Assembly (NCBI GenBank): GCA_963845145.1
Contig: CAWJQU010000005.1
Location: 928,001-992,000 of the forward strand
DNA: 64,000 bases
Reading direction: 5' to 3'
Origin: an uncultured delta proteobacterium
GTDB lineage: Bacteria > Desulfobacterota > Desulfobacteria > Desulfobacterales > QNYZ01
The position numbers and the translations under genes were made by a program. The notes under the pieces were generated by a model that was not told the DNA's origin, did not search any database, and worked only from the letters and a program-made list of their open reading frames with translations. Below, in pieces: positions 9,131 to 22,720 of this stretch. Numbering within the stretch: the first letter of the stretch is position 1; every line of letters begins with the position of its first letter.

Positions 9131-10297
9131 TTATCTGGGGTTGCTGCTTGCCGGATTACCTCTCGACGAATTCCCGTTCAACACGCTCAGCAACGCATCA
9201 CCCAATGCGTTTACCTGCCAGGTGCGGATGCCGTCTATGGCTGTCAATTGCGCCGTGTCCGATGGGTTTGAGGCCGCGATGGCGCCGATCAGGGCGTTAT
9301 TGAAAAGCAATCCGGGGGGCAGGGCAAACTTCTCGGCAAGGGTTTCCCGACAGGCCTTCAGCGCCTTCATTCGTTTCGCCTGCTTGGTGCTTAACCTGGG
9401 ACGATTGTGTCGCGGATAGGCCGGAAGTGCCGTCGCTGACAAGCGCATACCGTCATCAATCGCCTTCAGCACCTCGTCGGCATACATGGCTATTTGCCTG
9501 TCACTCATGACCCGCATCTGTTTCAACGCTAGAGGGGATGCCGGTTTTTTCAAGGCCAATTGAAGCAACGTATGGTTGCCCATGATCTTAAATGCCGGCC
9601 GATCCTTTTTTTGGGCCATTTCATCACGGACGACCAAAAGCGCCTCCAACACCGCCAAGCTTCGCCGGTCAAGTTTTCCGGCACCGGAAAACTTTAAAAA
9701 AAACGGCTGCAGTTCCCGATCCGCCGGCCGCACGCCACTCAACAGCCGGCACTCCTCTTTAACCCATTCGTATCGCCGGGCGGTCTTAAGCTCTTTTTTC
9801 AGCATGCCGGCCAATTCAACAAGATGCGCCACATCGCCCATGGCATATTCGAGCATCTCATCGGGCAGGGGGCGTTTGGACCAGTCCTTTCTCTGGAATT
9901 TTTTATCCACTTGAACCTGAAACCGCTCGGACAATACATGACCCAAGCCAGATTGCGCCATTCCAAGAAATCGGCAAGCCAGCTCGGTATCGAACAGGTT
10001 GTTTATTCTGATCTTAAAATCCCGATACAACGAGCGGACATCATAATCGGCCCCATGAAAAATTTTTTCAACAGATTCATCGGCGAATAGGGGTGCCAGC
10101 GGTGACAAATCTTTAACCATCAGCGGGTCAATCGCCCAACGATGATCATTTTGAGCCATCTGAATCAGACACACCTTTTCTTGGTAATGGAACATGGAAT
10201 CGGCTTCCAGGTCCACCGCCACCGCCTGGGAACCGTCCAGAAGTCGGACAACTTCCTCTAAATCCTTTTTACTAGATATGTATTTATATTTTGTCAT
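9131..10297 (-). CDS. rnd: Ribonuclease D (3'-5' exonuclease plus HRDC domains)
   Basis: AVDLEADSMFHY, FHGADYD, DWSKRPL, YAMGD and two HRDC-like regions. ATG 10297 chosen as the start. Confidence 0.88.
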   Translation of the reverse strand: MTKYKYISSKKDLEEVVRLLDGSQAVAVDLEADSMFHYQEKVCLIQMAQNDHRWAIDPLMVKDLSPLAPLFADESVEKIFHGADYDVRSLYRDFKIRINNLFDTELACRFLGMAQSGLGHVLSERFQVQVDKKFQRKDWSKRPLPDEMLEYAMGDVAHLVELAGMLKKELKTARRYEWVKEECRLLSGVRPADRELQPFFLKFSGAGKLDRRSLAVLEALLVVRDEMAQKKDRPAFKIMGNHTLLQLALKKPASPLALKQMRVMSDRQIAMYADEVLKAIDDGMRLSATALPAYPRHNRPRLSTKQAKRMKALKACRETLAEKFALPPGLLFNNALIGAIAASNPSDTAQLTAIDGIRTWQVNALGDALLSVLNGNSSRGNPASSNPR

Positions 10298-10431
10298 AAC
10301 ACTCGCATCGTTTCCATCGGTCACCCAAGCCTTTTTCCTTGACCGCAAACTATAAATGCTTTAATTTCTAACCTTTATTAGAAGTTTTCGATCAACCTTT
10401 ATCATAATTAATACTATAACTGGCGAAAAAC

Positions 10432-12378
10432 ATGATCTCCTTAACATTTCCAGACGGAAGCGTAAAACAGTTTGACCTGCCCGTATCGGGCCACGAAATT
10501 GCAAAAAGTATCTCTGAGGGCCTGGCACGAAATGCCCTGGCGGTGGCCGTAAACGGTACGATCGTCGATATGGATTATCCTATCGATCACGACACCACCG
10601 TTCGGTTGATCACCACCCGGGACCCCGAAGGCCTTGAAATTATGCGCCACAGTGCCGCGCATGTCATGGCCCAGGCCATTTTAAATCTCTATAAAGATGC
10701 CAAGCTCACCATTGGGCCAGTGGTGGAAGACGGATTTTACTACGACATCGACATGCCGCCGGTTTCAAAAGACGATTTTGCTAAAATCGAAGCCGAGATG
10801 AAAAAAATCGTCAAGGCCAAACTTCCCATCGTCCGCAAAGAGGTCGCCAAAGATCAAGCTTTGACGTTCTATAAAGAGGAACCCTACAAGATCGAAATGA
10901 TCTCCGGTCTTGAAGATGGCACCATCTCTTTTTACGAGCAGGGCGACTTTACCGATCTTTGTCGGGGCCCCCATGTACCCCATACCGGTTTTATTCGAGC
11001 CTTTAAACTCATGAAGGTTTCCGGGGCCTATTGGCGGGCCGACCAGAGTCGGGAACAGCTGCAGCGTATTTACGGAACCGCCTTCTTTGACAAAAAAGAG
11101 CTTAAAAAACATCTGAAGTTCATCGAAGAGGCTAAAAAACGCAACCACCGGAAAATCGGCAACACGCTGAACCTGTTCAGTTTTCACGATGCCGCACCTG
11201 GGATGCCATTTTTTCACGCCAAAGGCATGGCTGTTTGGAATACGCTGATCGACTATTGGCGCGAGGAGCATATTGCGGCAGGTTATGTTGAGACCAAAAC
11301 GCCCATCATTTTAAAACGCAATCTGTGGGAACAGAGCGGACATTGGGAAAATTACCGCGAAAACATGTACTTTTCCGAAATCGATGAAGACGATTACGCC
11401 ATAAAACCGATGAACTGCCCGGGCGGAATGCTGATATTTAAAACCCAGCCGCACTCCTATCGGGACCTGCCCATTCGGGCCGCCGAAATCGGCCTGGTGC
11501 ATCGCCATGAGTTAAGCGGGGTCCTGTCCGGTCTGTTTCGGGTGCGCGCCTTTCATCAGGACGACGCCCATATCTTCATGACACCGGACCTGATTAAAGG
11601 GGAAATCGTCGGGGCCCTTGAGCTGGTCAACCGGATTTACAGCACTTTTGGCTTGGGCTTTCACCTGGAGTTGTCTACCCGCCCGGAAAAGTCTATCGGC
11701 TCTGACGCCCAATGGGAAATCGCCACCGAAGGGCTGCGCGCGGCCCTGGACGCCTACGGACAGGCGTACCAGCTAAACGAGGGTGATGGGGCTTTTTACG
11801 GGCCGAAAATCGATGTTCACATTAAAGACGCCCTTGGCCGAACCTGGCAATGCGGTACGATTCAACTGGACATGTCCCTGCCGGAAAGGTTCGATCTGGC
11901 CTATATCGGGGCGGATAATGAGAAACATCGTCCCATCATGATCCATCGCACGATTTACGGATCAATCGAACGCTTTTTCGGGATATTGATCGAACATTTT
12001 GCCGGTAAATTTCCCCTCTGGCTGGCTCCGGTACAGGTGATCTTGTTGCCGATCAACGATGATTTGGCCCCCTGGGCCAGAGACGTGGCCGCCTCGCTTC
12101 AAGGGTCCGGACTGCGCGTCGAAGTTGATGATCGCTCCGAGAGCCTCAACCGAAAAGTGCGCGATGCTCAGCTTCAATACATCCCACTGATCCTGACCCT
12201 TGGTCCCAAGGAGAAAGAATCGGGTACCTTCTCTGTACGAACATTGGCCGGCAAGGTTCATCACGGCATTGCACGGGATGTTTTTGTGAAACGCACCCTG
12301 CAACACATTCAAAGCCGTTCCTTGGAGCCGGAAATATTTCCGGAAATATTTGAGAGTTCGGAGGTTTCCGGCGATTAA
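10432..12378 (+). CDS. thrS: Threonyl-tRNA synthetase
   Basis: TGS domain, RHSAAH, DLCRGPH, KPMNCP, GAFYGPK, WQCGTIQLD. Confidence 0.98.
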   Translation: MISLTFPDGSVKQFDLPVSGHEIAKSISEGLARNALAVAVNGTIVDMDYPIDHDTTVRLITTRDPEGLEIMRHSAAHVMAQAILNLYKDAKLTIGPVVEDGFYYDIDMPPVSKDDFAKIEAEMKKIVKAKLPIVRKEVAKDQALTFYKEEPYKIEMISGLEDGTISFYEQGDFTDLCRGPHVPHTGFIRAFKLMKVSGAYWRADQSREQLQRIYGTAFFDKKELKKHLKFIEEAKKRNHRKIGNTLNLFSFHDAAPGMPFFHAKGMAVWNTLIDYWREEHIAAGYVETKTPIILKRNLWEQSGHWENYRENMYFSEIDEDDYAIKPMNCPGGMLIFKTQPHSYRDLPIRAAEIGLVHRHELSGVLSGLFRVRAFHQDDAHIFMTPDLIKGEIVGALELVNRIYSTFGLGFHLELSTRPEKSIGSDAQWEIATEGLRAALDAYGQAYQLNEGDGAFYGPKIDVHIKDALGRTWQCGTIQLDMSLPERFDLAYIGADNEKHRPIMIHRTIYGSIERFFGILIEHFAGKFPLWLAPVQVILLPINDDLAPWARDVAASLQGSGLRVEVDDRSESLNRKVRDAQLQYIPLILTLGPKEKESGTFSVRTLAGKVHHGIARDVFVKRTLQHIQSRSLEPEIFPEIFESSEVSGD

Positions 12379-12820
12379 GCGTTTTATTTCTCACTGGTTA
12401 CCGGTCGTCGGCCTTTGCCTGCTGATATTCATTGAATCATCCGGGCCGCTTCCAGACCTGGCGCCGGAAGTGCCCATGCTGGATAAGGTTCTCCATTTTC
12501 TCGCCTGGGCCGTACTGGGTTTTCTCTTCTTTCGGGCTTATGCCGGGTCCCCTTCTTTGGCCCCCTACAGAAAGATACGGACCTGGAAAAACGGGCTGAT
12601 ATGGATCAGTTTTATTTCCGCCGCCCTTTACGGGGTCAGCGATGAGGTCCACCAGTATTTCGTTCCCTTTCGATCCGCAGATATCATGGATGTACTGGCC
12701 GATATCATCGGCAGCCTCTGTGGCGCATTTGGCGGGGCGCAGTGGTATCGTATTTTTCGTAAATCAGCCTCGGGGTCGGGGCATCCCTCGAAGCAGGCTT
12801 CAGTGGACCAAATTCATTGA
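12350..12820 (+). CDS. VanZ-family membrane protein (start uncertain)
   Basis: DKVLHFLAW and YGVSDEVHQYFVPFRSAD...D. Confidence 0.85.
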   Translation: MRVRRFPAIKRFISHWLPVVGLCLLIFIESSGPLPDLAPEVPMLDKVLHFLAWAVLGFLFFRAYAGSPSLAPYRKIRTWKNGLIWISFISAALYGVSDEVHQYFVPFRSADIMDVLADIIGSLCGAFGGAQWYRIFRKSASGSGHPSKQASVDQIH

Positions 12821-12951
12821 CAAAACGGCCTGTTCCCGCTAAAGAAAATTGTTTGGCTCAGACGTTTGTATTGATAGCCGTCGAAGACCCTATTTGACAG
12901 CAATATTGTCTATAAGTTATAAAACACGTATTTGAAGGAGCGACCACTGTT

Positions 12952-15720
12952 ATGGAATCCCAACATGCGATAACCATCAATGGTAATCCACTGACGTTTT
13001 CGACCGGAGAAACCATTCTGGAAGTGGCCCGGCGAAACAGTATCGACATTCCGACCCTTTGCCACCTGAAAGCGGCATCCCCTACCGGGGTTTGCCGTGT
13101 GTGTGTGGTGGAAGTGAATGGCGCCCGAAATCTCATGTCGGCCTGTACAACGCCGGCCGTCGAAAATATGGTGGTTAAAACCGAATCGGAAAAAGTTGTG
13201 GCCGCCCGTCGTCTGGTTATTCAACTAATGCTCTCTTCCGGCAACCACAATTGTGCCATTCGGGGTTCGGATACCACCGACTGGGCTCAGTTTCAAATGG
13301 CCGTACATAAAGACGATGAGCATGCCGAACTTTGTCCGGTCTGGGGTGATTGCCGCCTTCAGGATCTGGCCTACCGGTATCAGGTTTCCGGAGACGGATT
13401 GGAAAGAGTAAAATCCCCATACCCCATGGAAACGGTGAATCCTTTTATCGTACGGGATTTTGCCCGTTGCGTGCAGTGCGGTCGCTGTGTACAGGCGTGC
13501 AACGAGGTCCAGGTGAACAATGCGATTGATTTCGGCTATCAAAGCGCCCGAACCAAGATTATTACCACTGGTGATCGCCCCCTGAAGGATTCCGATTGTG
13601 TTTTTTGCGGTGAATGCGTTCAAGTTTGCCCTGTGGGCGCCCTGGTGGAAAAAGATTCCCGTTATGCCGTGCGTCAATGGGCGGTCGAAAAAGTACGCAC
13701 CACCTGCAGTTATTGCGGCGTGGGCTGTCAGCTGGACCTGCATGTCCAAAACAACCGGGTCGTGAAGGTCACCGGTGCCGAAGGAACCGAGCCTAATAAC
13801 GGCAGCCTTTGCGTTAAAGGACGATTCGGATACGACTTTATTCATTCAGCCGAGCGGCTGACCCAACCGATGATACGAAAAGACGGCGAGTTGGTACCTG
13901 CCGGTTGGGACGAAGCCCTCGACTTGGTCGCCCAACGTTTCTCCACGATCAAGGACCAGACCGGGCCGGACAGCATCGGCCTGTTAACCAGCGCGCGTAT
14001 TTCCAACGAGGAGAACTATCTGGCCCAAAAGTGGGCCCGGGCGGTGGTAAAAACCAACAATGTGGATCATTGCGCCCGGCTCTGACATAGCTCCACCGTG
14101 GCCGGTCTGGCCGCAAGTTTCGGTAGTGGTGCCATGACGAATACCATCGCCTGTATCGAGAAGGCGGATGTGATTTTGATCACCGGCTCCAATACGTCCG
14201 AAAACCATCCGGTGCTTTCCAGTTTTGTAAAAAGGGCGGTCCATTTTAAGGACGCCCGCCTAATCGTGGTAGATCCCCGTCGAATTAAAATCGCCGGGTT
14301 CGCCCACCAATATTTGCGCCCCAACTTGGGAACCGATGTGGCCTGGATTAACGGCCTCATGCACGTCATTATTCGCGACGACCTTTACAATCATGATTTT
14401 GTCGAGTCCCGCACAGAGGGGTTTGAAGTACTCAAAGAAACCGTAGAGAAATACACACCGGAATATGTCGAGGAAATTACCGGCATTCCAGCCACCCAAA
14501 TTGAAGACGCGGCCCGTATGTACGCTCAGGCTAAAGTGGGCAGCATTCTCTATTGCATGGGCATCACCCAACACACCTCCGGCACCGACAATGTGAAGTC
14601 TTTGGCCAATCTGGCCATGTTGTGCGGCTTTTTAGGTGTCGAGGGCGGCGGCGTCAACCCGTTGCGGGGTCAAAACAACGTCCAGGGTGCCTGTGATATG
14701 GGCGGACTACCGGATGTCTATACGGCTTACCAGAAAGTCGATAACCCGGAACTTCGGGCCAAGATGGAAGTGGCCTGGGCGGTGACCGGCCTACCCGAAA
14801 AAGCGGGCATGAAAGTGACCGAGATGGTTCCTGCCGCCCATGATGGTAAAATGAAAGCGATGTATATCATCGGCGAAAACCCGCTGGTGTCGGACCCTGA
14901 TTTAAACCATGCTGAAAAGAGCTTCGGTAATCTCGATTTTCTCGTGGTTCAGGATATTTTCATGACCGAAACCGCAAAAGTTGCCGATGTGGTGTTGCCT
15001 TCCTGCTGTTTCGCCGAAAAAGACGGGACCTTTTCCAACACCGAACGCCGGGTTCAACGCATTCGCAAGGCGGTCAACCCGCCGGGTGAGGCTCGGGACG
15101 ATTGGCGGATTATCGCGGATATCTCCGCGCGTATGGGTTACGATATGGCCGTTTCAAGTGCTGAGGATATTTTTGAGGAAATTCGAAAAGTGACGCCTTC
15201 GTATGCCGGCATTAATTATTCCCGTATTGAAACCACGGGAATTCATTGGCCCTGCCCAACGGAGATACATCCCGGAACGCCTATTCTTCACACCGGACAG
15301 TTTACCCGGGGCAAGGGTCTTTTTCATGGCATCGAATGGCTTCCGCCGGCCGAGAAGGTGGATGACGACTATCCCCTCTATCTGACAACCGGTCGCGTTC
15401 TATATCACTATCATACCGGTACCATGACCATGAAAACAGAGGGGTTAAACGAGTGCGCCCCGAATTGTTTTGTGGAAATATCCGCTTCGGATGCCGACAA
15501 ATTTGGCGTGGAGGACGGGGCCCAGGCCGAGATTGCATCGCGACGTGGTACGATCACCGCGCGCGTCGCCATTTCCGATAAAGCCGCCTCGGGAACTGTT
15601 TTCATCCCGTTCCACTTTGCCCAGGCAGCCGCCAACAGGCTGACCAATGCCGAACTCGATCCAATTTCGGGCATTCCGGAATTTAAGGTGTGTGCGGTGA
15701 GCCTCTCCCGAGCGGCTTAA
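12952..15720 (+). CDS. fdhF: Formate dehydrogenase alpha subunit, cytoplasmic, selenocysteine at TGA 14083-14085
   Basis: The two ORFs are in frame and join as DHCARL-U-HSSTVAGL. N-terminal 2Fe-2S and 4Fe-4S motifs, CSYCGVGC, PLRGQNNVQG; no Tat signal. Confidence 0.93.
14086..14120 (+). promoter_or_regulatory. Bacterial SECIS hairpin
   Basis: GTGGCC-GGTCT-GGCCGC stem-loop starts 12 nt after the UGA. Its apex resembles E. coli fdhF GCAGGTCTGC. Confidence 0.75.
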
Positions 15721-16526
15721 TGAAATACACTCCCAGGCGCCTGACAACCAATGTCAATGTCACGCCCACCTCTCCGCTGAAAGAGCTGGCGGTCCTGGTG
15801 GGCGGGCTGCTGGCCATTGTCCTGGGACTTTATATCCTTCTCGGGTTTGCCGTCGACCTGATCGCCCCCCGCATGTCGGTTGAACTCGAGAAGAAACTGG
15901 CCGCACCCTTTATCCGCCATTATGAAAACGGCACGCCGACTACCGAAGATGAAAAACGCCTGCAAGCCCTCGTAGACGATCTTCAATCCCGATGTACCAA
16001 CCTTCCTTATGACTTTAAGGTCCACCTTGTGGATTCCGAAGCCGTTAATGCCGCCGCCCTTCCAGGGGGACACATTCTTGTATTTCAGGGACTTCTGGAT
16101 CAGGTCTCTTCACTCAATTCGTTAACCTTTATACTGGCGCACGAGTTGGGCCACTATGCCAACCGGGATCATTTAAGGGGAATGGGTCGGGCGCTGGTTT
16201 TACTGACCGTGTCCGTAGCGCTTCTGGGATCTGATAATGCGGTGGGCGACCTGCTTTCAAAAGGGTTGAATGTTACCGAGATGGGTTTTTCGCGCAAACA
16301 GGAAACCCAGGCCGATGATTTCGGACTGAATGCCTTACATTGTGCATTTAGTCACGTGGCCGGGGCCACCGATTTTTTCGCAAAGATGTCCGAAGATCAG
16401 GATCCGGGCCGGTTCGGACATTATTTCGCTTCACACCCGGAAAACCGTCGCAGAATCGCCCATATTGAAAAGCGTATCAAGGATCTCGACTACCCGGCGG
16501 GAACGTTAACGCCGATGCCTGAATAA
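15720..16526 (+). CDS. M48-family zinc metallopeptidase
   Basis: VNAAALPGG, AHELGH, FSRKQETQAD, ASHP. The ATG overlaps the fdh stop. Confidence 0.92.
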   Translation: MKYTPRRLTTNVNVTPTSPLKELAVLVGGLLAIVLGLYILLGFAVDLIAPRMSVELEKKLAAPFIRHYENGTPTTEDEKRLQALVDDLQSRCTNLPYDFKVHLVDSEAVNAAALPGGHILVFQGLLDQVSSLNSLTFILAHELGHYANRDHLRGMGRALVLLTVSVALLGSDNAVGDLLSKGLNVTEMGFSRKQETQADDFGLNALHCAFSHVAGATDFFAKMSEDQDPGRFGHYFASHPENRRRIAHIEKRIKDLDYPAGTLTPMPE

Positions 16527-16568
16527 TTTCACCAATTGGGTAAAAACTTTCAAAGCGTTCCGTTAGGA

Positions 16569-18524
16569 TTATACCGCGACCGTGGCCACCCGATAACAGC
16601 GTAAACAGCGTCGGGCTTCGGCAATGGCATCGGTATTGGGAAACCCCTGCTCGACCTCATCAAAAGTAAATTTGCGGCTCTCAGGGGGGAGCATCTTCAA
16701 ATGTTTGCGCGCCTGACCGCCGCCGAGCATGGGCATTTGCTCATCGCCATCAAAGACCGGCACCTTTTTAAATAACATATCAAAGTGCTCATTACGGATG
16801 GGCGCGATCGGTTTTTCGTTAATCAGGCAATCAATGCTTTCCGCGGCCCTTTTTCCACCGGCACATGCGGTAATCAATGCGCCAGGGCCAGTCTCACAGT
16901 CACCGGCGGAAAAAATCTTTTCCACCGACGTCTGCTTGGTCACCTCGTCGACAACGATGGTCCCCCAGGCGGTGGTTTCGATTCCGTCAACCCCCTCCAG
17001 AAGGGACATATCGGTTCGTTGGCCGATGGCCGGGACCACGGTATCACAATCGAAAACAAACTCCGACCCCTCCATCGGCACCGGTCTCCGGCGGCCACTC
17101 GCGTCCGGTTCACCCAATTCCAAACGAATGCATTCCAGACCTGTAACAACCCCGTTTTCCTGAAGAATACGAATCGGCGTGGTCAGATAATGAAAAATGA
17201 CCTTCTCCTCTTCGGCATCCACGATTTCCACTTCATCGGCCGGCATTTCGTTGCGGGTTCGGCGGTAAACCAGATTGACATCTTCCTTGCCGATGCGAAA
17301 TGAGCTTCGCACACAATCGATGGCCACGTTTCCGCCACCGATCACCACAACCCGCTTTCCCTCCGGATAGGGGTCGCGACCTTCGTTGATGTCCCTTAAA
17401 TATTGTACTCCGGGAATAAAACCCTTATAGCCTTTTTCTTCACCTTTAACCCGCATGGAACTACTTCCCTGGGCACCAACACCGATAAAAACGGCATCGC
17501 AATCGTTCACCAGGTCGGCCAGTTTGATATCTTTCCCGATTTTCACGTTATATTGAATCTCGACGCCCATTTTTTGAACTTGCTCCACTTCACCACGCAG
17601 GATGGGGCGGGGCAGTCGATAGTCGGGAATGCCCATGGCCGACATACCGCCCGGCTCCCCCAAACGCTCATAAACGGTGACCTTATGACCACGGCTGGCC
17701 AAATGATAGGCACAAGTCACCCCGGCCGGACCCGCCCCTATGATGGCAACTTTCCCGGTTTTCTTGGATGGTTTTATCGTATATTCCGGATATCGCTGCT
17801 GGGACAATTCATGATCGGCCACAAAGCGCTTTAAGTATTTTATCGAAATAGGTGCGTCCAGATGCGCCCGACGGCAATGTTCCTCGCACGGACGGACACA
17901 CACCCGGCCGACAAGACCCGGCAGGGGGAGTTTTTCCCGAATCACATTCAAGGCTTCATCGAACTTTCCTTCTCGAATATGTTCCACGTAGGTGGGTATG
18001 TCCAGATGAATAGGGCAGGCATCCATACACGGTGCCGTTTTTATCGATAAATATTTGCCCGAATCAATGGTTTCATTGGAAGAAAGAGCCTGTTCGAATT
18101 CAGCTTTAAAGTGATCCAAGGCATGTAAAATTGCCAGTGGTCCCGATTGGCCGATATCACATTTGGCCGTGGCGCTCACGGTTTCCCCCACAGTTTTAAG
18201 GGTAGCCAGATCGGCTTTTTTACCTTGGCCCTTGCATATTCGGTCTAGCGTTTGGGCCATAATCCCGGTACCGCGGCGGCAGGGAACACATTTCCCACAG
18301 GAGTGCTGATGTACGGCCGTCATATAGGCCCGGCACAGGTCAAGGACATTGACCTGGTCGTCTCGTACCACGAGGCCGTACCATCCGATCAGGGCACGAA
18401 TTTTCTCATCGGCCTGAAATTGTTCCGGCAGGTTTAAATGGCTGGCTCCCTCAAACTTCTCGGGGTTCTTACCCCGATTATCGACAACCTTACCTTCCCA
18501 CGAACTGAACAGAATCTTCTCCAT
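16569..18524 (-). CDS. FAD/NAD(P)-dependent Fe-S oxidoreductase (GltD/SfrB/NfnB-like) with N-terminal NuoF-type 4Fe-4S domain
   Basis: SCGKCVPC, APCMDACP, GRVCVRPCE, GAGPAG, GGGNVAID, EARRCLRC. Confidence 0.9.
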   Translation of the reverse strand: MEKILFSSWEGKVVDNRGKNPEKFEGASHLNLPEQFQADEKIRALIGWYGLVVRDDQVNVLDLCRAYMTAVHQHSCGKCVPCRRGTGIMAQTLDRICKGQGKKADLATLKTVGETVSATAKCDIGQSGPLAILHALDHFKAEFEQALSSNETIDSGKYLSIKTAPCMDACPIHLDIPTYVEHIREGKFDEALNVIREKLPLPGLVGRVCVRPCEEHCRRAHLDAPISIKYLKRFVADHELSQQRYPEYTIKPSKKTGKVAIIGAGPAGVTCAYHLASRGHKVTVYERLGEPGGMSAMGIPDYRLPRPILRGEVEQVQKMGVEIQYNVKIGKDIKLADLVNDCDAVFIGVGAQGSSSMRVKGEEKGYKGFIPGVQYLRDINEGRDPYPEGKRVVVIGGGNVAIDCVRSSFRIGKEDVNLVYRRTRNEMPADEVEIVDAEEEKVIFHYLTTPIRILQENGVVTGLECIRLELGEPDASGRRRPVPMEGSEFVFDCDTVVPAIGQRTDMSLLEGVDGIETTAWGTIVVDEVTKQTSVEKIFSAGDCETGPGALITACAGGKRAAESIDCLINEKPIAPIRNEHFDMLFKKVPVFDGDEQMPMLGGGQARKHLKMLPPESRKFTFDEVEQGFPNTDAIAEARRCLRCYRVATVAV

Positions 18525-19330
18525 AACCTTTTACCCTTAACTTGGTTTTGACGACGATTTTTTATCCGAGAACTTTTCATTCTCGGATTTGCGCCACAGC
18601 TTACATTACTCTGGATTAATCCGGCCCTGTCTGTATCATCGATTGTCCAATTTTTCAATCGCTGGCAGGGGCTTTTTCAGGGCAATTGCAAGTAAAATCA
18701 ATTTTGAATGATTTTGATTGAATAATTATTATTCCAAGCAGCCTTAAGCTGTTTAGACTGAATGCCGCTATTGAAGCGTTTTTATTTTTAAACAGATGGA
18801 ATATACGCCAAAAAAAGATTGTTTTTTTTAATGTTGGACGTGAACACTGCATAATAATCCTCACCCCTTTTGTGAAGAATCCCAATTTCGGTTATCTTGC
18901 GGGACAATGCCAGGGCTATCGCAAATATCAATTATATTTTCTAAAATTTACTTGCGATTTCCCTAGAGGGCTTTTTTGGGTGAGATGATTTTCGTGATAA
19001 ATGTTATGAGACAGAAACCAATGGGTTTTGTTGACACCCGGCAATGGCCTGGTGACACTTGAGGTAATAAGACATCGTCAAAAAAGGACTTTATAAATAC
19101 AACAAGAACGTATTCCAAAGGGGTATTCAGTCGGAGCATGCCATCCGCGTACGATTCATCCTTGCCCGCTCCTGATGCCAGCTGCGTAAGTCAGGTCCTG
19201 TTGGTGTTAAGCATAGCGAAAGCCAGCAATCGGAACGGATTACATTAAACCATCTTATTTGACACATATCAAAAAAATGGTCATAAATAATTAATATTAA
19301 TCAACACCGATAATTAATACAAGGGTTCTT

Positions 19331-20197
19331 ATGAAAGCCTACATCGACATCGTTAAAAAGGTACTTGAGGAAGGCACCGAAAAGAAAAATAGAACCGGTA
19401 TCGATACCATTTCAATACCCGGCACCATGTTTGAACATGAGATGTCGAACGGCTTTCCTTTGTTGACGACCAAGCTTGTCCCTTTTCGTTTGGTGGCGAG
19501 TGAATTGGAATTTTTTATTAAAGGCATTACCGATAAAAAGTGGCTACAAAAAAGAGACAATCATATTTGGGATGAATGGTGTTCGCCTGACACGGTTCCT
19601 TATGGTCATGATGATGAAACCCAGAGAAAAATGTTGGAAGAGCGAGACTTGGGGCCTATCTATGGGTTTCAATGGCGACATTTCGGGGCGCAATATACGG
19701 CCTATAATTCGCCTCCGGCGACACCCGGCATCGACCAATTTAAAAAGCTGGTTCACTCGTTAAAGACCCATCCTGAAGACCGAAGAATGATTGTTTCGGC
19801 CTGGAACCCCATGCATTTGCACCAAATGGCCCTTCCGCCTTGTCATTACAGCTTTCAGATTATTGTAACCGCTGAAAAACTAAACCTGTTATGGAATCAA
19901 CGATCAGTAGACATTGCCTTGGGGCTGCCTTTTAATATCGCCAGTTATGGGTTGCTACTTTGTTTACTGGCCCAGGAATCGGGGTTGGAAACGGGTCGGT
20001 TGGTGGGGTTCCTTGGTGATTCTCATATTTACGAGAATCATATTGAGGGCCTCAAAAAACAGATTAAAAAAGAGCCTTTTGCGCTTCCACAACTAACATT
20101 TCATCGCTTTAAATCTATTTTTGATTGGAAATATGACGATTCGGAAATTATTAATTATAAACACCACCCCCCGATCAAGTTCGATATCGCCGTCTAA
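19331..20197 (+). CDS. thyA: Thymidylate synthase ThyA
   Basis: NRTG, FPLLTTK, LGPIYGFQWR, MALPPCH, QRSVD, GLPFNIASY, HIYENH. Confidence 0.96.
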   Translation: MKAYIDIVKKVLEEGTEKKNRTGIDTISIPGTMFEHEMSNGFPLLTTKLVPFRLVASELEFFIKGITDKKWLQKRDNHIWDEWCSPDTVPYGHDDETQRKMLEERDLGPIYGFQWRHFGAQYTAYNSPPATPGIDQFKKLVHSLKTHPEDRRMIVSAWNPMHLHQMALPPCHYSFQIIVTAEKLNLLWNQRSVDIALGLPFNIASYGLLLCLLAQESGLETGRLVGFLGDSHIYENHIEGLKKQIKKEPFALPQLTFHRFKSIFDWKYDDSEIINYKHHPPIKFDIAV

Positions 20198-20254
20198 CAT
20201 TGGAATTATTAAACCCGCATGGTTTAAACTGAAATAGTTTATGACTGAATTTGC

Positions 20255-22688
<2,434 letters not shown>

Positions 22689-22720
22689 ATTTTTATTAGC
22701 TTCTTTCTTTGAATTATCTT

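Noticed and set aside
14083..14085. fdh as a nonsense pseudogene or two separate genes
   Set aside because: The stop falls exactly at the Sec/Cys ligand position and is followed by a SECIS-like hairpin.
18898..18912. Minus-strand sigma54 promoter for the GltD/SfrB-like gene
   Set aside because: The GG-to-GC spacing in TGGCATTGTCCCGCA is one base short.
18991..19010. Rex-like operator TTCGTGATAAATGTTATGAG
   Set aside because: The right half is too degenerate, and the site is far from either start codon.
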